From: an uncultured delta proteobacterium
GTDB taxonomy: Bacteria > Desulfobacterota > Binatia > UBA9968
DNA length: 64,000 bases
Reading direction: 5' to 3'
NCBI GenBank assembly: GCA_963737905.1
Contig: CAVTUQ010000012.1
Coordinates: 32,001 to 96,000, forward strand
Shown: positions 1 through 10,644 of the stretch, in pieces
Numbering within the stretch: position 1 is the stretch's first letter
Layout of the letters: each line of letters starts with the position of its first letter
Position numbers and translations under genes: made by a program
Notes under the pieces: generated by a model
Databases searched by the model: none
Told to the model about the DNA's origin: nothing
What the model saw: only the letters and a program-made list of their open reading frames with translations

Positions 1-1281
1 TTAACTATAAGGGATAATCGGACCGGCAGAAACTACGAGATTCCCATTCAAAACGGGACGATTCGGTCTACAGATCTGCGCCAGATCAAAACCTCTGAAG
101 AAGATTTTGGCTTGATGGGTTATGACCCGGCGTTTATGAATACGGCGTCCTGTCAAAGTAAGATTACCTTTGTTGATGGAGAAAAAGGAATCTTGCGGTA
201 TCGAGGTTATCCTATCGAAGAGTTGGCGGATAAGAGTACTTATCTCGAGACTGCCTACCTGATTCTTTACGGGGAGCTTCCCACCGAGGCGGCGCTGAAA
301 CAGTGGGCGCATAATATTACTTTTCACACCATCCTCCATGAGAACATCAAAAAGTTCATTGACGGCTTCCATTACGATGCTCATCCCATGGGAATGTTGG
401 TGAGCACCGTTGCTGCCCTGTCAACCTTCTATCCCGAAGCCAGGAGCATCTTTGATCCCGAATCACAGCGGAAGCAGACCTATCGGCTCATTGGCAAGAT
501 GCCCACTCTGGCAGCCTTTGCTTACCGGCACAGCCGTGGGATGCCCTACGCCTATCCGGACAATGACTTGAGCTACACCGGGAACTTTCTGAATATGCTC
601 TTTAAGATGACGGAAGTGAAATATAAGCCCGACCCGATCCTCGAGCATGCCCTGGACGTCCTTTTCATTCTCCATGCTGACCATGAGCAGAACTGCGGTA
701 CCAATGCCATGCGGAGTGTGGGGAGCTCTCACGTGGATTGCTATTCCGCGGTTGCGGCAGCGGCTGCAGCTCTTTACGGCCCTCTGCACGGCGGGGCGAA
801 CGAGGAGGTGCTCAGAATGCTCAGGGAGATTGGTTCGAAAAATAAGGTTCCCGAATTCATTAAGAAAGTTAAGGCCGGTGAGGGGCTGCTCATGGGTTTT
901 GGTCACAGGGTGTATAAAAACTATGATCCTAGGGCGAAGATCATCAAACAGGTGGCTGACCGGGTCTTTGAAGTTACGGGAAGGAATCCGTTACTTGATA
1001 TTGCCCTGGAACTTGAGAGGATTGCCCTGGAGGATGACTATTTTATCAAGCGGAAGCTTTACCCGAATGTCGATTTTTATTCCGGCATTATCTACGAGGC
1101 GATGGGATTTCCGGTGGAGATGTTTCCCGTGCTTTTTGCCATCCCGCGTACCTCCGGGTGGATCGCTCAGTGGCAGGAGATGCTTTCCGATCCCGAGCAA
1201 AAGATAGCACGGCCACGGCAGATCTATTTGGGGCCCGAGAAACGAGTCTATGAAGCGATGGAACAGAGGCGTAGCGATTAG
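1..1281 (+). CDS. gltA: Citrate synthase (5' end outside window)
   Basis: Motifs LHADHEQNC, LYGPLHGGAN, MGFGHRVYKNYDPRA, YPNVDFYSG. Frame is open from base 1 (LTIRDNRTGRNYEIPI...). Confidence 0.97.
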   Translation, partial: LTIRDNRTGRNYEIPIQNGTIRSTDLRQIKTSEEDFGLMGYDPAFMNTASCQSKITFVDGEKGILRYRGYPIEELADKSTYLETAYLILYGELPTEAALKQWAHNITFHTILHENIKKFIDGFHYDAHPMGMLVSTVAALSTFYPEARSIFDPESQRKQTYRLIGKMPTLAAFAYRHSRGMPYAYPDNDLSYTGNFLNMLFKMTEVKYKPDPILEHALDVLFILHADHEQNCGTNAMRSVGSSHVDCYSAVAAAAAALYGPLHGGANEEVLRMLREIGSKNKVPEFIKKVKAGEGLLMGFGHRVYKNYDPRAKIIKQVADRVFEVTGRNPLLDIALELERIALEDDYFIKRKLYPNVDFYSGIIYEAMGFPVEMFPVLFAIPRTSGWIAQWQEMLSDPEQKIARPRQIYLGPEKRVYEAMEQRRSD

Positions 1282-1530
1282 AAAATTTTCGTCAAAAAGG
1301 CGGCAATAATCCCAGCCAGCAGAGGGAAAAGGATGCTAGCAACCATTCGGATGGTGAAGAGTCTAAACCCCAAAATCGAGAACTCGTAAAAGATGATCCC
1401 GCCACCCCAAAGGGCCCATGACGTTATGTATGTTGTGACGGTTTGAACGCTCCCGCCCGCTTGGTAAAGCGATGCTGCGATGGGAAAACTGATGAAGGGG
1501 CCCCCAAAAGTAAGAGTCCCTGCTAAATAG

Positions 1531-3002
1531 TTTTCACTGAAAAAGTCAGAAAGTTGTTGGGTGTAAATATTGGATTGATGTAAAAGAAGTCATGCGCAAA
1601 GCAATATCTGAGCAGATGAGTTTTGGCGATGGCTTCATCGATCCCAGTTTGTACCGGTTGGATGAGGAGCTCAAGAAAGTGGATGAGCTTCTGAGCCAGG
1701 GCGAGGTGCTCAAGCCCTTCGAAGCACTCTTCGATGATAGCCTGGGCCGGCCCGGCACCCCAGCGGGGATTTACCTGCGGATGATGTATCTCAAGTTTCG
1801 CTGGGGACTGAGCTACGAAGAAGTGGAGACGGAGGTTAAAGAGAGATTGCCTTGGCGCTATTTCTGCCATCTGTCTTTGATGGATACGGTTCCCGACGCC
1901 ACCACGTTGATCAAGCTCAACCAGAGATTTGGCGAGGAGCGGATTGTCAATCTGAACAAGCAGTTGGTCGGCCATTTGGTCAAGCACCGAGCGATCAAAC
2001 CGCGCCGGATTCGCATCGACTCGACGACTCTGGAAGCCCATATCGCTTACCCCACCGACATCAGCATCCTCCATCAAGCAGTGCGCACCCTTACCCGCAC
2101 GGCGAGTTCGTTGGGTCAGAAGATTGTCAGTCATGTGAGAGCCACCAAGAAAGCCTTGGCCCGCTGGGGAGCCAGTTCCAAGGCCAAGCCTAAACAGCGC
2201 AAAGCCCAAGGCAAAAAGATTCTCAAGAAAGTAGCCCAACTGGCCACCGACACGCTGGCCCAGAGCCGTCAAGCTTTCGAGCATCTGTCGACAACGGCGC
2301 CAACCCAGCTCAAGCAGAAGTTTAGCGAAACGATCGAGCTGACCGAAAAGCTGGTTGGGCAAACCCAGGACAAACTGGCGGGAAAGCGTACGATCCCCGA
2401 GCGCATCGTTTCGTTCTTTGATCCTGAGGCCCGGGCCATCGTCAAGGGCAAACTCGACAAGCCGGTGGAGTTTGGTCGCACCCTGCAGTTGCTCCAGGAC
2501 GACTCGGGAGTGATCGTTCACTACGAGATTGAGAGGGGCAATCCTAGCGACAAGACCAAGCTTATTTCTTTGGTCCGCCAGGCCAAAAAAATTCTCAAAC
2601 AAGCGCCCCGAGAATTGGCCACCGACCGCGGTTATTACAGCGCCGACAATGTGAAAAAGCTTAGTCGGCTGGGAGTCCGTAGGGTTGGCATTCCGAAGAT
2701 TGGTCGGTTGAGTAGAGCTGAGAAAAGACATCAACACGCCAAATGGTTCAAAAAGCTGCAACGGTTTCGCTGCGGCATCGAAGCGGGCATTAGTCTGCTC
2801 AAGCGCCGGTTCTCTCTGGGCCGAGTGCTGGCCAAGGGCTCGCCGGCTACCGCCGTATGGACCGGCTTTGCGATCTTTGCTTTCAATCTGTGGCAACAAA
2901 CCTAACATGTGATGAAAACCCAACTCAATGCCGATGACAACTTTCGAGACTCGTAAACACGGCTAATATCCAAATCTTTTAACCGTACTTTTTCAGCGAG
3001 AA
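1531..3002 (+). mobile_element. IS5/ISNCY-like insertion sequence
   Basis: TIRs ttttcactgaaaaagt (1531-1546) and actttttcagcgagaa (2987-3002) match 14/16; flanking direct repeat ctaaatag at 1523-1530 and 3003-3010. Confidence 0.92.
1592..2905 (+). CDS. DDE transposase (IS5/ISNCY-like)
   Basis: GRP...LRMMYLK, PDATTL, RIDSTT, TDRGY and R.GIEAGISLLKR motifs. Confidence 0.95.
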   Translation: MRKAISEQMSFGDGFIDPSLYRLDEELKKVDELLSQGEVLKPFEALFDDSLGRPGTPAGIYLRMMYLKFRWGLSYEEVETEVKERLPWRYFCHLSLMDTVPDATTLIKLNQRFGEERIVNLNKQLVGHLVKHRAIKPRRIRIDSTTLEAHIAYPTDISILHQAVRTLTRTASSLGQKIVSHVRATKKALARWGASSKAKPKQRKAQGKKILKKVAQLATDTLAQSRQAFEHLSTTAPTQLKQKFSETIELTEKLVGQTQDKLAGKRTIPERIVSFFDPEARAIVKGKLDKPVEFGRTLQLLQDDSGVIVHYEIERGNPSDKTKLISLVRQAKKILKQAPRELATDRGYYSADNVKKLSRLGVRRVGIPKIGRLSRAEKRHQHAKWFKKLQRFRCGIEAGISLLKRRFSLGRVLAKGSPATAVWTGFAIFAFNLWQQT

Positions 3003-3907
3003 CTAAATAGCCAACTACTACCCCTTTGAGCCCTGACTCTTCTCCGAGCCACTTTCGTACCACATCCTCAGGCATGAGGACGCGAACATAACCTGCTATC
3101 AAGAAGGCACCTACCAGCGTCGGCAGAACAAGCAAGAGCGTCTTACTCGCTTCAGTGATCCCCAATATGTGGCGTTGTTCGCCCTTGAGATAAGCGGCTA
3201 CAGCAAGAGCCAGCGCAATAGCATACACTATGATGTTAAGTGTCCTCATCTTAAAATGGAAGCCTCCTTTAACATTGTTCTTATCACGAACCGCTCCCCC
3301 ATATCGCCCTCATTCGACCTGGTCGCATCCGACTGAAGGATAGAATTGGAGACACTAAAACTATTCTTTCATGGGAGAGGGATTACGTGTCACGCACTTA
3401 ATTATCTAATTCGGGCCAGGCAGATTCCGAAGACGATCTGGTTCTGAACTCATCTATTCACACAAGATCAGGTGTCACGTATCTAATTTATCTATTGCCG
3501 ACGGGCTCAGCGAAGAGCCTAAGAAATTTTAAAGCGCCAGAAGAAATGAAACGACCATCAGAAACGATACGGTCGTCCCTTTTAGCTTCACCATTATCTG
3601 GCAGTCAATTGAACGGACGCGTCAGTGCAATGAGCCGAAACGTGTAGAGCAGGTTAAGACTGTAAAGGGGCGGATACCAGAGTAATTCCATAACTGCGAA
3701 CACGTTTCTAAAATTTACAAACGTTTAACCACTGGTCTGCCTATGTTAGCAAGTCGGCGCCTAGAGCTAGTCAAACTTATTATTTAGAACGCGCTGCCAC
3801 GAAAGGGTGGGGTCGTTAAAATTCCTAACCTTGCGAGAAATTCATGCGTCTGTTTGCAGAAATAAGAAAAAAACCGGCCTTTGGGTCAAAAAGCGTGGTG
3901 TATTTCG

Positions 3908-3923
3908 TGGCATAACCATTGCT
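3908..3923 (+). promoter_or_regulatory. Sigma-54 -24/-12 promoter motif
   Basis: TGGCAT-AACCA-TTGCT upstream of the first cupredoxin. Caveat: the predicted 5' leader would be very short. Confidence 0.5.
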
Positions 3924-3939
3924 CGCTTGTAAGGATGCC

Positions 3940-4674
3940 ATGAACACAAAAACAATACATCAACTCTGTGTGGGAATCTCTTTCATCGTTTTGTTCTCGT
4001 CTGCCTCAGCGGCTTACGAGGAGATCGCAGTAAACAACGGCGCCACGATTCAGGGCACCGTCAAGTTTGAAGGCAAGCTTCCCAAGCTGCCGCCTTTGCA
4101 GATTACCAAGTCCAAGGAAGTTTGCAGGAATGTGCCCAATGAAACTCTGATCGTCGGAGCGGGACAGGGTATTCGCTATGCCGTTGTGACCTTAGAAGGG
4201 ATCACGAAAGGGGTGGCCGTAGAAAAAGAGGCGGTCCATGAGCTGGATAATTTGGGATGTCGCTTCGTTCCCCACGTATTGGCCTCAAGTGTCGGGCAGT
4301 TCGTGGTGTTCAAAAACTCAGATCCAATCCTACATACGGCGCATGCTCTGTTCACCAGCGGGCAGCCGCAATTCAATGTCGGGCTTTATCCAGGCAAGGT
4401 CAGCCGCAAACCGTTGGTTACTCCCGGTGTGGTCAAGATCATTTGTGAAGTCCACCCCTGGATGAGCGCTTATATTGTCGTCACCGATCATCCCTACTAT
4501 TCGGTGACGGATGTCTATGGAGAATATCTCATCAGTGACATTCCCGCCGGGAGCTATCGGTTGAAAGTGTGGCACGAGACTTTGGGCACCGAAGAAAAAC
4601 AGGTCGAGGTGAAGGCCGGCGGTTCTCAGAATGTGGATTTTGTCTTGAGTCCAAAACCAGGAGTAAAAAAATGA
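3940..4674 (+). CDS. Secreted cupredoxin / carboxypeptidase-regulatory-like domain protein (MauL-like)
   Basis: Signal peptide; CRFVPHV; type-1 copper-like H...CEVHPWM. Confidence 0.75.
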   Translation: MNTKTIHQLCVGISFIVLFSSASAAYEEIAVNNGATIQGTVKFEGKLPKLPPLQITKSKEVCRNVPNETLIVGAGQGIRYAVVTLEGITKGVAVEKEAVHELDNLGCRFVPHVLASSVGQFVVFKNSDPILHTAHALFTSGQPQFNVGLYPGKVSRKPLVTPGVVKIICEVHPWMSAYIVVTDHPYYSVTDVYGEYLISDIPAGSYRLKVWHETLGTEEKQVEVKAGGSQNVDFVLSPKPGVKK

Positions 4675-5300
4675 CCCTACGACACGTCCGGCTATTTGCG
4701 CTTGTGCCGCTCTTGCTCGCCGCCCAAGTACAGGGCGCCGAGGTAGCGATAAAGAGCGGAATCATCAAAGGAACGATTACCGTGGCGGGAAAGCCGACGT
4801 CGGATGTGGTGGTTTCGTTGGAGGGTATCCCGGCAGAAACCGCCAAAGCCCAAATCTCGGCGGCCAAACCGAAAAAGGCGGTAATAGACCAGAGGGAAAT
4901 GAAATTTATTCCTCACGTTTTGCCCGTGCTGGTCGGTACCACCGTTGAATTTCCAAATCACGATACCGCCTGGCACAACGTCTACTCGAAAGGCGGAGCC
5001 AAAGATTTTGATCTCGGTCTTTACCCACCGGGAAAAACCGGGAGCACTACGTTTGACAAACCCGGAGTGGCCAGAATCCTGTGCAATGCCCATCCTAATA
5101 TGGAGGCTTTCATCGTCGTGAAAGAGCATCCCTTTTTCTCCAGCGCCGACAAAGGAGGCAACTATCGACTGGATGGAGTGCCGCTGGGCAAGTATCGCAT
5201 TCAAGTCTGGCATCCGGAGCTCGGGACCACTGAGACGGGAGTCGAACTGGTTCGTGCGGGAGAGGTGTTCGACGTTAATTTCGATCTGAAAAAGAAATAG
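4671..5300 (+). CDS. Second secreted cupredoxin (MauL-like)
   Basis: Signal peptide; FIPHVL, HNVYS, CNAHPNM; ATGA overlap with the upstream gene. Confidence 0.78.
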   Translation: MTLRHVRLFALVPLLLAAQVQGAEVAIKSGIIKGTITVAGKPTSDVVVSLEGIPAETAKAQISAAKPKKAVIDQREMKFIPHVLPVLVGTTVEFPNHDTAWHNVYSKGGAKDFDLGLYPPGKTGSTTFDKPGVARILCNAHPNMEAFIVVKEHPFFSSADKGGNYRLDGVPLGKYRIQVWHPELGTTETGVELVRAGEVFDVNFDLKKK

Positions 5301-5343
5301 CAAAGCAAGGTTCGACTGCAGCGAACCAAGAAAGCGCACAAAG

Positions 5344-5712
5344 ATGCGACGAAAAGAAGAGGTGCTTAAGAGTCAAAGCGAATGCGTTACCGCTCGCGTA
5401 ATGGAAACGGAAGATAACGTAATAGCCCTGAAAAACCTCACAGGTAAGCTTACCGGAGCGGAAAAGCGAGTATTGGCTCTGGTTTCTGCAGCCAAAACTA
5501 ATAAAGAGATAGCACTCGCTCTATACATCAGCCCCGCCACCGTCAAGCGCCATCTGGAAAACGTTCTTAGAAAGCTTGCGCTGAAAAACCGCGTCGAAGC
5601 GGCGATCTACGGCCTCATCGCCAATGGATGTCCTAATGGATCAAGTTCCGGTTGTCCTTTGGAGCTGTGGCGAAAAGCCAAACACGATGCCGACGCAAAA
5701 TGGGCCGTTTGA
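5344..5712 (+). CDS. Stand-alone LuxR/GerE HTH regulator
   Basis: LTGAEKRVL...TNKEIALALYISPATVKRHLENVLRKL...NRVEAA; no receiver domain. Confidence 0.85.
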   Translation: MRRKEEVLKSQSECVTARVMETEDNVIALKNLTGKLTGAEKRVLALVSAAKTNKEIALALYISPATVKRHLENVLRKLALKNRVEAAIYGLIANGCPNGSSSGCPLELWRKAKHDADAKWAV

Positions 5713-5808
5713 CCCATAGACGGCTTAACTGCGCAGTGCTATAAACCAGAACAAAACCGGTACTCCCACGTAGAAGCACGTTTCACAGCAGGAGGGCGTG
5801 GAGGAAAC

Positions 5809-6760
5809 ATGAAGCGCTGTGTGGCCCTGTGTTCGTTCTGCGTTTTATCGTTGTTGGTTTCCTTCGAGTCGTCTGGTCCGCGGAATCCGAAGCCACCCAA
5901 GCAAGCTCCCGCAACCTACGTCGGCAATGAAGTTTGCCAAGCTTGCCACGCGCCTGCCTTTGAAAAATTTACCCAGACGATGATGGGGAAAATTTTCTTG
6001 TTCAACCCGCGCAATGAGGCCGAGAAGCGGGCCTGTGAGTCATGCCATGGACCGGGTAGTAACCACGTCGCAGCTGGTGGCGGCAAAGGCGTCGGTGGAC
6101 TTATAACTTTTCGCAAAGACTCTGGAGAGTCCGCCGCAGGTCCAGAACGGCGCTTGTCTTGGATGCCATCAGCGCGGCATTCAGACCTATTGGGAGGCAG
6201 GTCCCCACGCCAGCCGCGGGCTGACTTGCGTTACCTGCCATCAGGTGATGGAGAGGACGACCGACAAGTATCAGCTCGCGAAGGTTGGTGAGAAGACGCC
6301 TTTCTTTAACAAGCGGGCGGAAATCGAAGTTTGCGGTCAATGTCATCTGCAAAGAAAAGCCCAGCTCATGCGCTCCTCGCATATGCCCTTGCGCGAAGGC
6401 AAGCTAACTTGTACCGACTGCCACAATCCGCATGGCACCCCCAATCCTTCCCAGCTCAAACAAACCAGCGTCAATGAAAACTGTTACACCTGCCATACCG
6501 AGCGCCGCGGGCCGTTTTTGTGGGAGCATCCGCCGGCGTTTGAGAACTGTAGCAACTGTCACGAGCCTCACGGAACCATCAATGACCGGCTTCTCAAAGT
6601 CACCGACCCGAGGCTCTGCACCTCGTGCCATAACGCAACGCGTCACCCCGTGACGCCGCGGCCGCCGACCTCGGTCTTTTTCTTTAACCGAAGCTGTACC
6701 AACTGTCACAGTCAAGTCCATGGATCGAATCATCCTTCGGGGAAATTCTTTCAGAGATGA
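5809..6760 (+). CDS. mtrA: DmsE/MtrA/MtoA/PioA-family decaheme cytochrome c (frameshift ~6135)
   Basis: Ten CxxCH across two frames (CQACH, CESCH, CLGCH, CVTCH, CGQCH, CTDCH, CYTCH, CSNCH, CTSCH, CTNCH); RGPFLWEH and HGSNHPSG signatures. Confidence 0.93.
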
Positions 6761-6771
6761 GGAGGCCGGAC

Positions 6772-9075
6772 ATGAAACAGACCCAGATCTGTTTTGTTAG
6801 TGGTACGACCCTGGTCCTCTTTTTGTTTCTGATCTCGCCGGCGTGGGGACAGATCAACGTCGGGGACTATACCATTAGTGGCGGCGGAGAGATCGGCGGT
6901 CTGCCGCGGGGTTTTAAGGGGGACTTGTCCTCGTTTGAACAATATCGGGATATTCCCGAGAGCGTTATTGTGCCGCAACTGCAACTGATGATCGGAGGAA
7001 AAAAGGAAGATTATTATCTCTATGCCGATTCCTACAAGACCGGACTGAGCGACCAGAGCTATACGCTTCGCGTCGGCAGATATGGGCTCTTGGATATGGA
7101 ATTCCAGTGGGATCAAATTCCGCACTGGTTCGACGGCAAGTTCGCCCGGACCCCTTATAGCGAGAGGGACGGAGTTTTCACTCTTTCCTCCAAGCCGACA
7201 GCAACCACGGCAACGACTGTTTGCGCCACTTCCCCTACATGCCAGTGGTTAAACACCACTGCGCAACCGATAAATCTCAGCCTCTATAACGGCATTGCGC
7301 GGGTCAAGGTCCGCTACACGCCTCAGCCGGGATGGAACTTTACCGCGGGTTATTGGCAAAATCATAACGTTGGAGACCGAGCGTTTGGAACTCTCTTCGG
7401 CAGCAGTCCTGGCTCGTACAATATTACCGAACTCGCCGAACCGATCAATTACCAGACTTATAATATCGAACTGGGCGGAGAGTATGCAGCGAACGGATGG
7501 TCCGTCGGTTTGAAATACAACGGATCGATTTTCAACAATCTCACTAGTAACATCGTCTGGGACAACCCGATGAACCTAACGGGTGTAGGGGCGGCATGCC
7601 AGGACTCCGCAACCTCTGAATTATAACACCGGCACTGGGAGCCTGCCGCGGTCGGATGGATCTCTATCCAAATAATCACGCCCACACGGTGACCTTATCA
7701 GGGGCAGCGGCGCTTCCGCTTAAGACCAACTTTATGGGGACGGCCTCTTATGGTTGGAGACTCCAGGATGCTTCCTTCCTGCCGTTTACCATTAACAGTT
7801 GCTACGGCTCGGGCCCGAAACCGGCCTCCTGCAGAGACGCCGCTCTGACACCCTTGCCGACGATCTCCAAAAACAGCCTCTCTGGCGACATTCGCCCGCT
7901 CATGGTTAATGCCACCCTGGTGAACAACTTCTTCGAAGGCGTTACCCTGAAGTCCTTTTATCGCTACTATGGCCTGAGCAACCACAGCAGCCAGGTCGAT
8001 TTACCGCAAGGGTATATCGTTCTCGATACCGGAGCACCGCACAGGGGCGGCGCTAGAAAACCCGCTTTATTCGTATGCGAAGAATAGCGTCGGCTTCGAG
8101 GGGAGCTACAATTTCTTCCGTTGGCTGTCGGCCAAGTGGAGCTATGGTTACGACAGAATGCATCGACATGATCGCGAGACCTTCAACGCGGACGAATATG
8201 GCGTGGGACCGACCTTCGATATCAAGCCGATTCCCGAGCTTTTATTCAGGGCTTCTTACAGACATTTGTGGCGCAACATTTCTGCATATAACGCGCTCCC
8301 GGAAGCCGATGCCGCCAATATTTCGCGAAAATACGACGAGGCGGCGCGTCGCCGGAACAAAACCAGTCTTTTCGCTCAGTATACGCCGCTGGATAACTTA
8401 GAATTGCATTGGGGTTTTGACTTGACCACCGATCGTTATCTCTATGCCACCGTGGGAGCTCAAAACGATAATAACTACTCGCCCTCTGTCGGTTTTGTTT
8501 ACACGCCGCTCCAATGGCTCAGAGTCTTTGCGGATTACAATTGGGATCGCACTGATTGGAAGATGGATGTGCAGGACCGGACGTCTCTCACTCAGACACC
8601 CGCGACCAATTGTTTTCCTGCGGTCCCCATTAACCAAAATCAGTGTTGGACCAGCCGGGGAAAGGACTTTGCCAACACCATCAGCTTTGGCAGCGATGTG
8701 GATATTATCCCGAATCTTTTTGGATTTCGCCTGCAGTACACGTTTTCTAACGGTCACAGTATAGTTTCGGCCAGCGGTGACCAGCAAAGTACCACCCCAG
8801 CCGGTAATTATCCGATTATCAAAAATCAGTGGTATGAGTTGCTGGCGCGCTTTGAATACAAATTGCAGGAAAATTTAGCCCTGCGATTCGGCTATTATTA
8901 TAACCACGCGACCGAGCAGGATTTTGGCGTCGATATCATGAAGCAATGGATGGGTGATGTGGACGTCGTCCCCACGCCCAATGCTAATGTCGCAAGGTCG
9001 GCGTTTTTGGGTGATCGCATCAAGGGACCGTTTACCGCCAACGTTGGATTCGTAACTCTGGGGTTTAAGTTTTAA
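6772..9075 (+). CDS. mtrB: MtrB/PioB decaheme-associated outer-membrane porin (frameshifts ~7620-7640 and ~8045)
   Basis: Follows mtrA; FEQYRD, ELAEPINYQT, WDNP, LYPNNHAH motifs; beta-strand pattern; terminal Phe (LGFKF). Confidence 0.9.
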
Positions 9076-9237
9076 GAACCTTCCAGCAGTAAAAATGGTT
9101 CAGGACAATCGATGCGGGCAGTTTCTTAGCTTGGCCCTTGGTCGAAACCGCGGAGCGAGGCTTTCTTGGCCACAATTGAAATCTGACGAAGTAGCTCTTC
9201 TCATGGCTTTTTTTGAGCGATCAACGCGGAGCGAACG

Positions 9238-10494
9238 GTGAAGGTCGACAGAGTGATTGTTTTTGCGGCCCTGGTTTTTCTGACTCTAGCCATAGCCGGC
9301 GTTCTGCAGGCTCAACCGCAAGGAGAAACTTGCGCGGTTTGCCATACGGCACTTGGCGTGGACAATTTGACGAAGCCGGTTGAATTGTACAAGGCGGACA
9401 TCCATGCGCCGAAAGGATTTGGCTGTGTCGCCTGTCACGGTGGGGATGGTACCAAGATGGGATTGGAAGCAATGGATCGGGCGAAGGGATACATCGGTAA
9501 GCCCACACCAACTCAAGTCATCGAGGTATGCGGCCGTTGCCACTCCGACGCGCGCTTCATGAGACAATACAATCCCTCTCTTCGGGTCGATCAGGTTACG
9601 GAATATTACACTTCGGTTCACGGCAGGCGGCTCAAAGAGCTCAAAGACCCGAAGGTTGCGACCTGCGCTAGTTGTCACATACCTCACTCGATAAGGCCGC
9701 CTAGCGATGCGCGATCGTCGGTTTATCCGCTGCGCGTTGCGGATACTTGTGGGTCATGTCATGCCAATGCCGAATACATGGCGCCCTACAAGATTCCCAC
9801 TGACCAACTCGCGAAGTACAAAAAGAGCATTCATTGGAAGCTGATGACGAGTAAAGGAGACCTGTCGGCGCCCACCTGCAATGACTGTCACGGTAATCAC
9901 GGCGCCGCGCCTCCCGGCATCTCATGGGTCGGGAATGTCTGCGGCCAGTGTCACCCCGTCAACGCAGAGCTCTTTAGCAAGAGTCGGCACGGGCAGCTCT
10001 TTGTTCAGATGGGAATTCCGGGGTGCGCCACCTGCCACAGTAATCATGAGATACTCGAAACCAGTGATGCGATGCTCGGCGTCGACGATAAAGCCATCTG
10101 TGGAAATTGCCATACGCCGCAGGATACGGGTGGTAAAACAGCGGTCGCTATGCGGCAATCCATCGAAAGGCTCAGGACAGATTATGAGGCTGCGCATGCC
10201 ACCCTGGCGAAGGCGGAAAATGCCGGCATGGAAGTCAGCCAACCTCTCTTTGAGCTAAACGGAGCCAAGACGGCTCTTGTGAAGGCCCGCGCATCGATTC
10301 ACGGTTTTAATTTGGATAGCGTGAATGCTGAGGTTAAGCAGGGTTTGGAAATCAGTGACAAAGCGCGCGCACGGGGGGTAAGGGCGCTCGACGAGCTTCA
10401 GTTTCGCCGCAAAGGATTGGCAGTTTCAGTTCTGATCATTCTGGCTTTGATCATTGGACTAGTCCTGAAAATACGCCAGATGGAAAGAAAATGA
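9238..10494 (+). CDS. Nonaheme cytochrome c with C-terminal helical stalk and TM anchor
   Basis: Signal peptide; nine CxxCH; C-terminal hydrophobic helix GLAVSVLIILALIIGLVLK. Confidence 0.9.
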   Translation: MKVDRVIVFAALVFLTLAIAGVLQAQPQGETCAVCHTALGVDNLTKPVELYKADIHAPKGFGCVACHGGDGTKMGLEAMDRAKGYIGKPTPTQVIEVCGRCHSDARFMRQYNPSLRVDQVTEYYTSVHGRRLKELKDPKVATCASCHIPHSIRPPSDARSSVYPLRVADTCGSCHANAEYMAPYKIPTDQLAKYKKSIHWKLMTSKGDLSAPTCNDCHGNHGAAPPGISWVGNVCGQCHPVNAELFSKSRHGQLFVQMGIPGCATCHSNHEILETSDAMLGVDDKAICGNCHTPQDTGGKTAVAMRQSIERLRTDYEAAHATLAKAENAGMEVSQPLFELNGAKTALVKARASIHGFNLDSVNAEVKQGLEISDKARARGVRALDELQFRRKGLAVSVLIILALIIGLVLKIRQMERK

Positions 10495-10533
10495 TAGGAG
10501 AATGAAACAAAACGTAGGCGGCATCCCGAGTGT

Positions 10534-10588
10534 TGTCATTTCGACCGAAGGGAGAAATCTAGATCCCTCACATCCGTTCGGGATGACA
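10534..10588. repeat. REP-like palindromic element
   Basis: tgtcatttcgaccgaagggagaaatct...agatccctcacatccgttcgggatgaca; a related half-element lies at 60191-60218. Confidence 0.65.
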
Positions 10589-10644
10589 CCGAATGTGAGG
10601 AAAACAGCGGTTCTCACCTACGGTAGACGCGAACCAAAATAATT

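Larger units (their letters stand above)
1278..3249 (-). pseudogene. DUF318/ArsP-like permease interrupted by an IS
   Basis: N-half 3249-3003 (...KWLGEESGLKGVVVGYL) joins in frame with C-half 1530-1278 (AGTLTFGGPFISFPIAASLYQAGG...FLTKIF*) once the IS and one copy of the direct repeat are removed. Confidence 0.88.

Noticed and set aside
1523-2923. 466-aa antisense ORF over the transposase
   Set aside because: Shadow of the transposase frame; no recognisable motifs.
2902-3002. C-terminal tail (VLAEKVRL...) of the 115-aa ORF
   Set aside because: Read-through into IS sequence; the true C-terminus lies at 1530-1278.
3790-3830. GAAA hairpin as a possible c-di-GMP-I riboswitch
   Set aside because: Lacks the GGCAAAC and GCAAA elements and the P3 stem.
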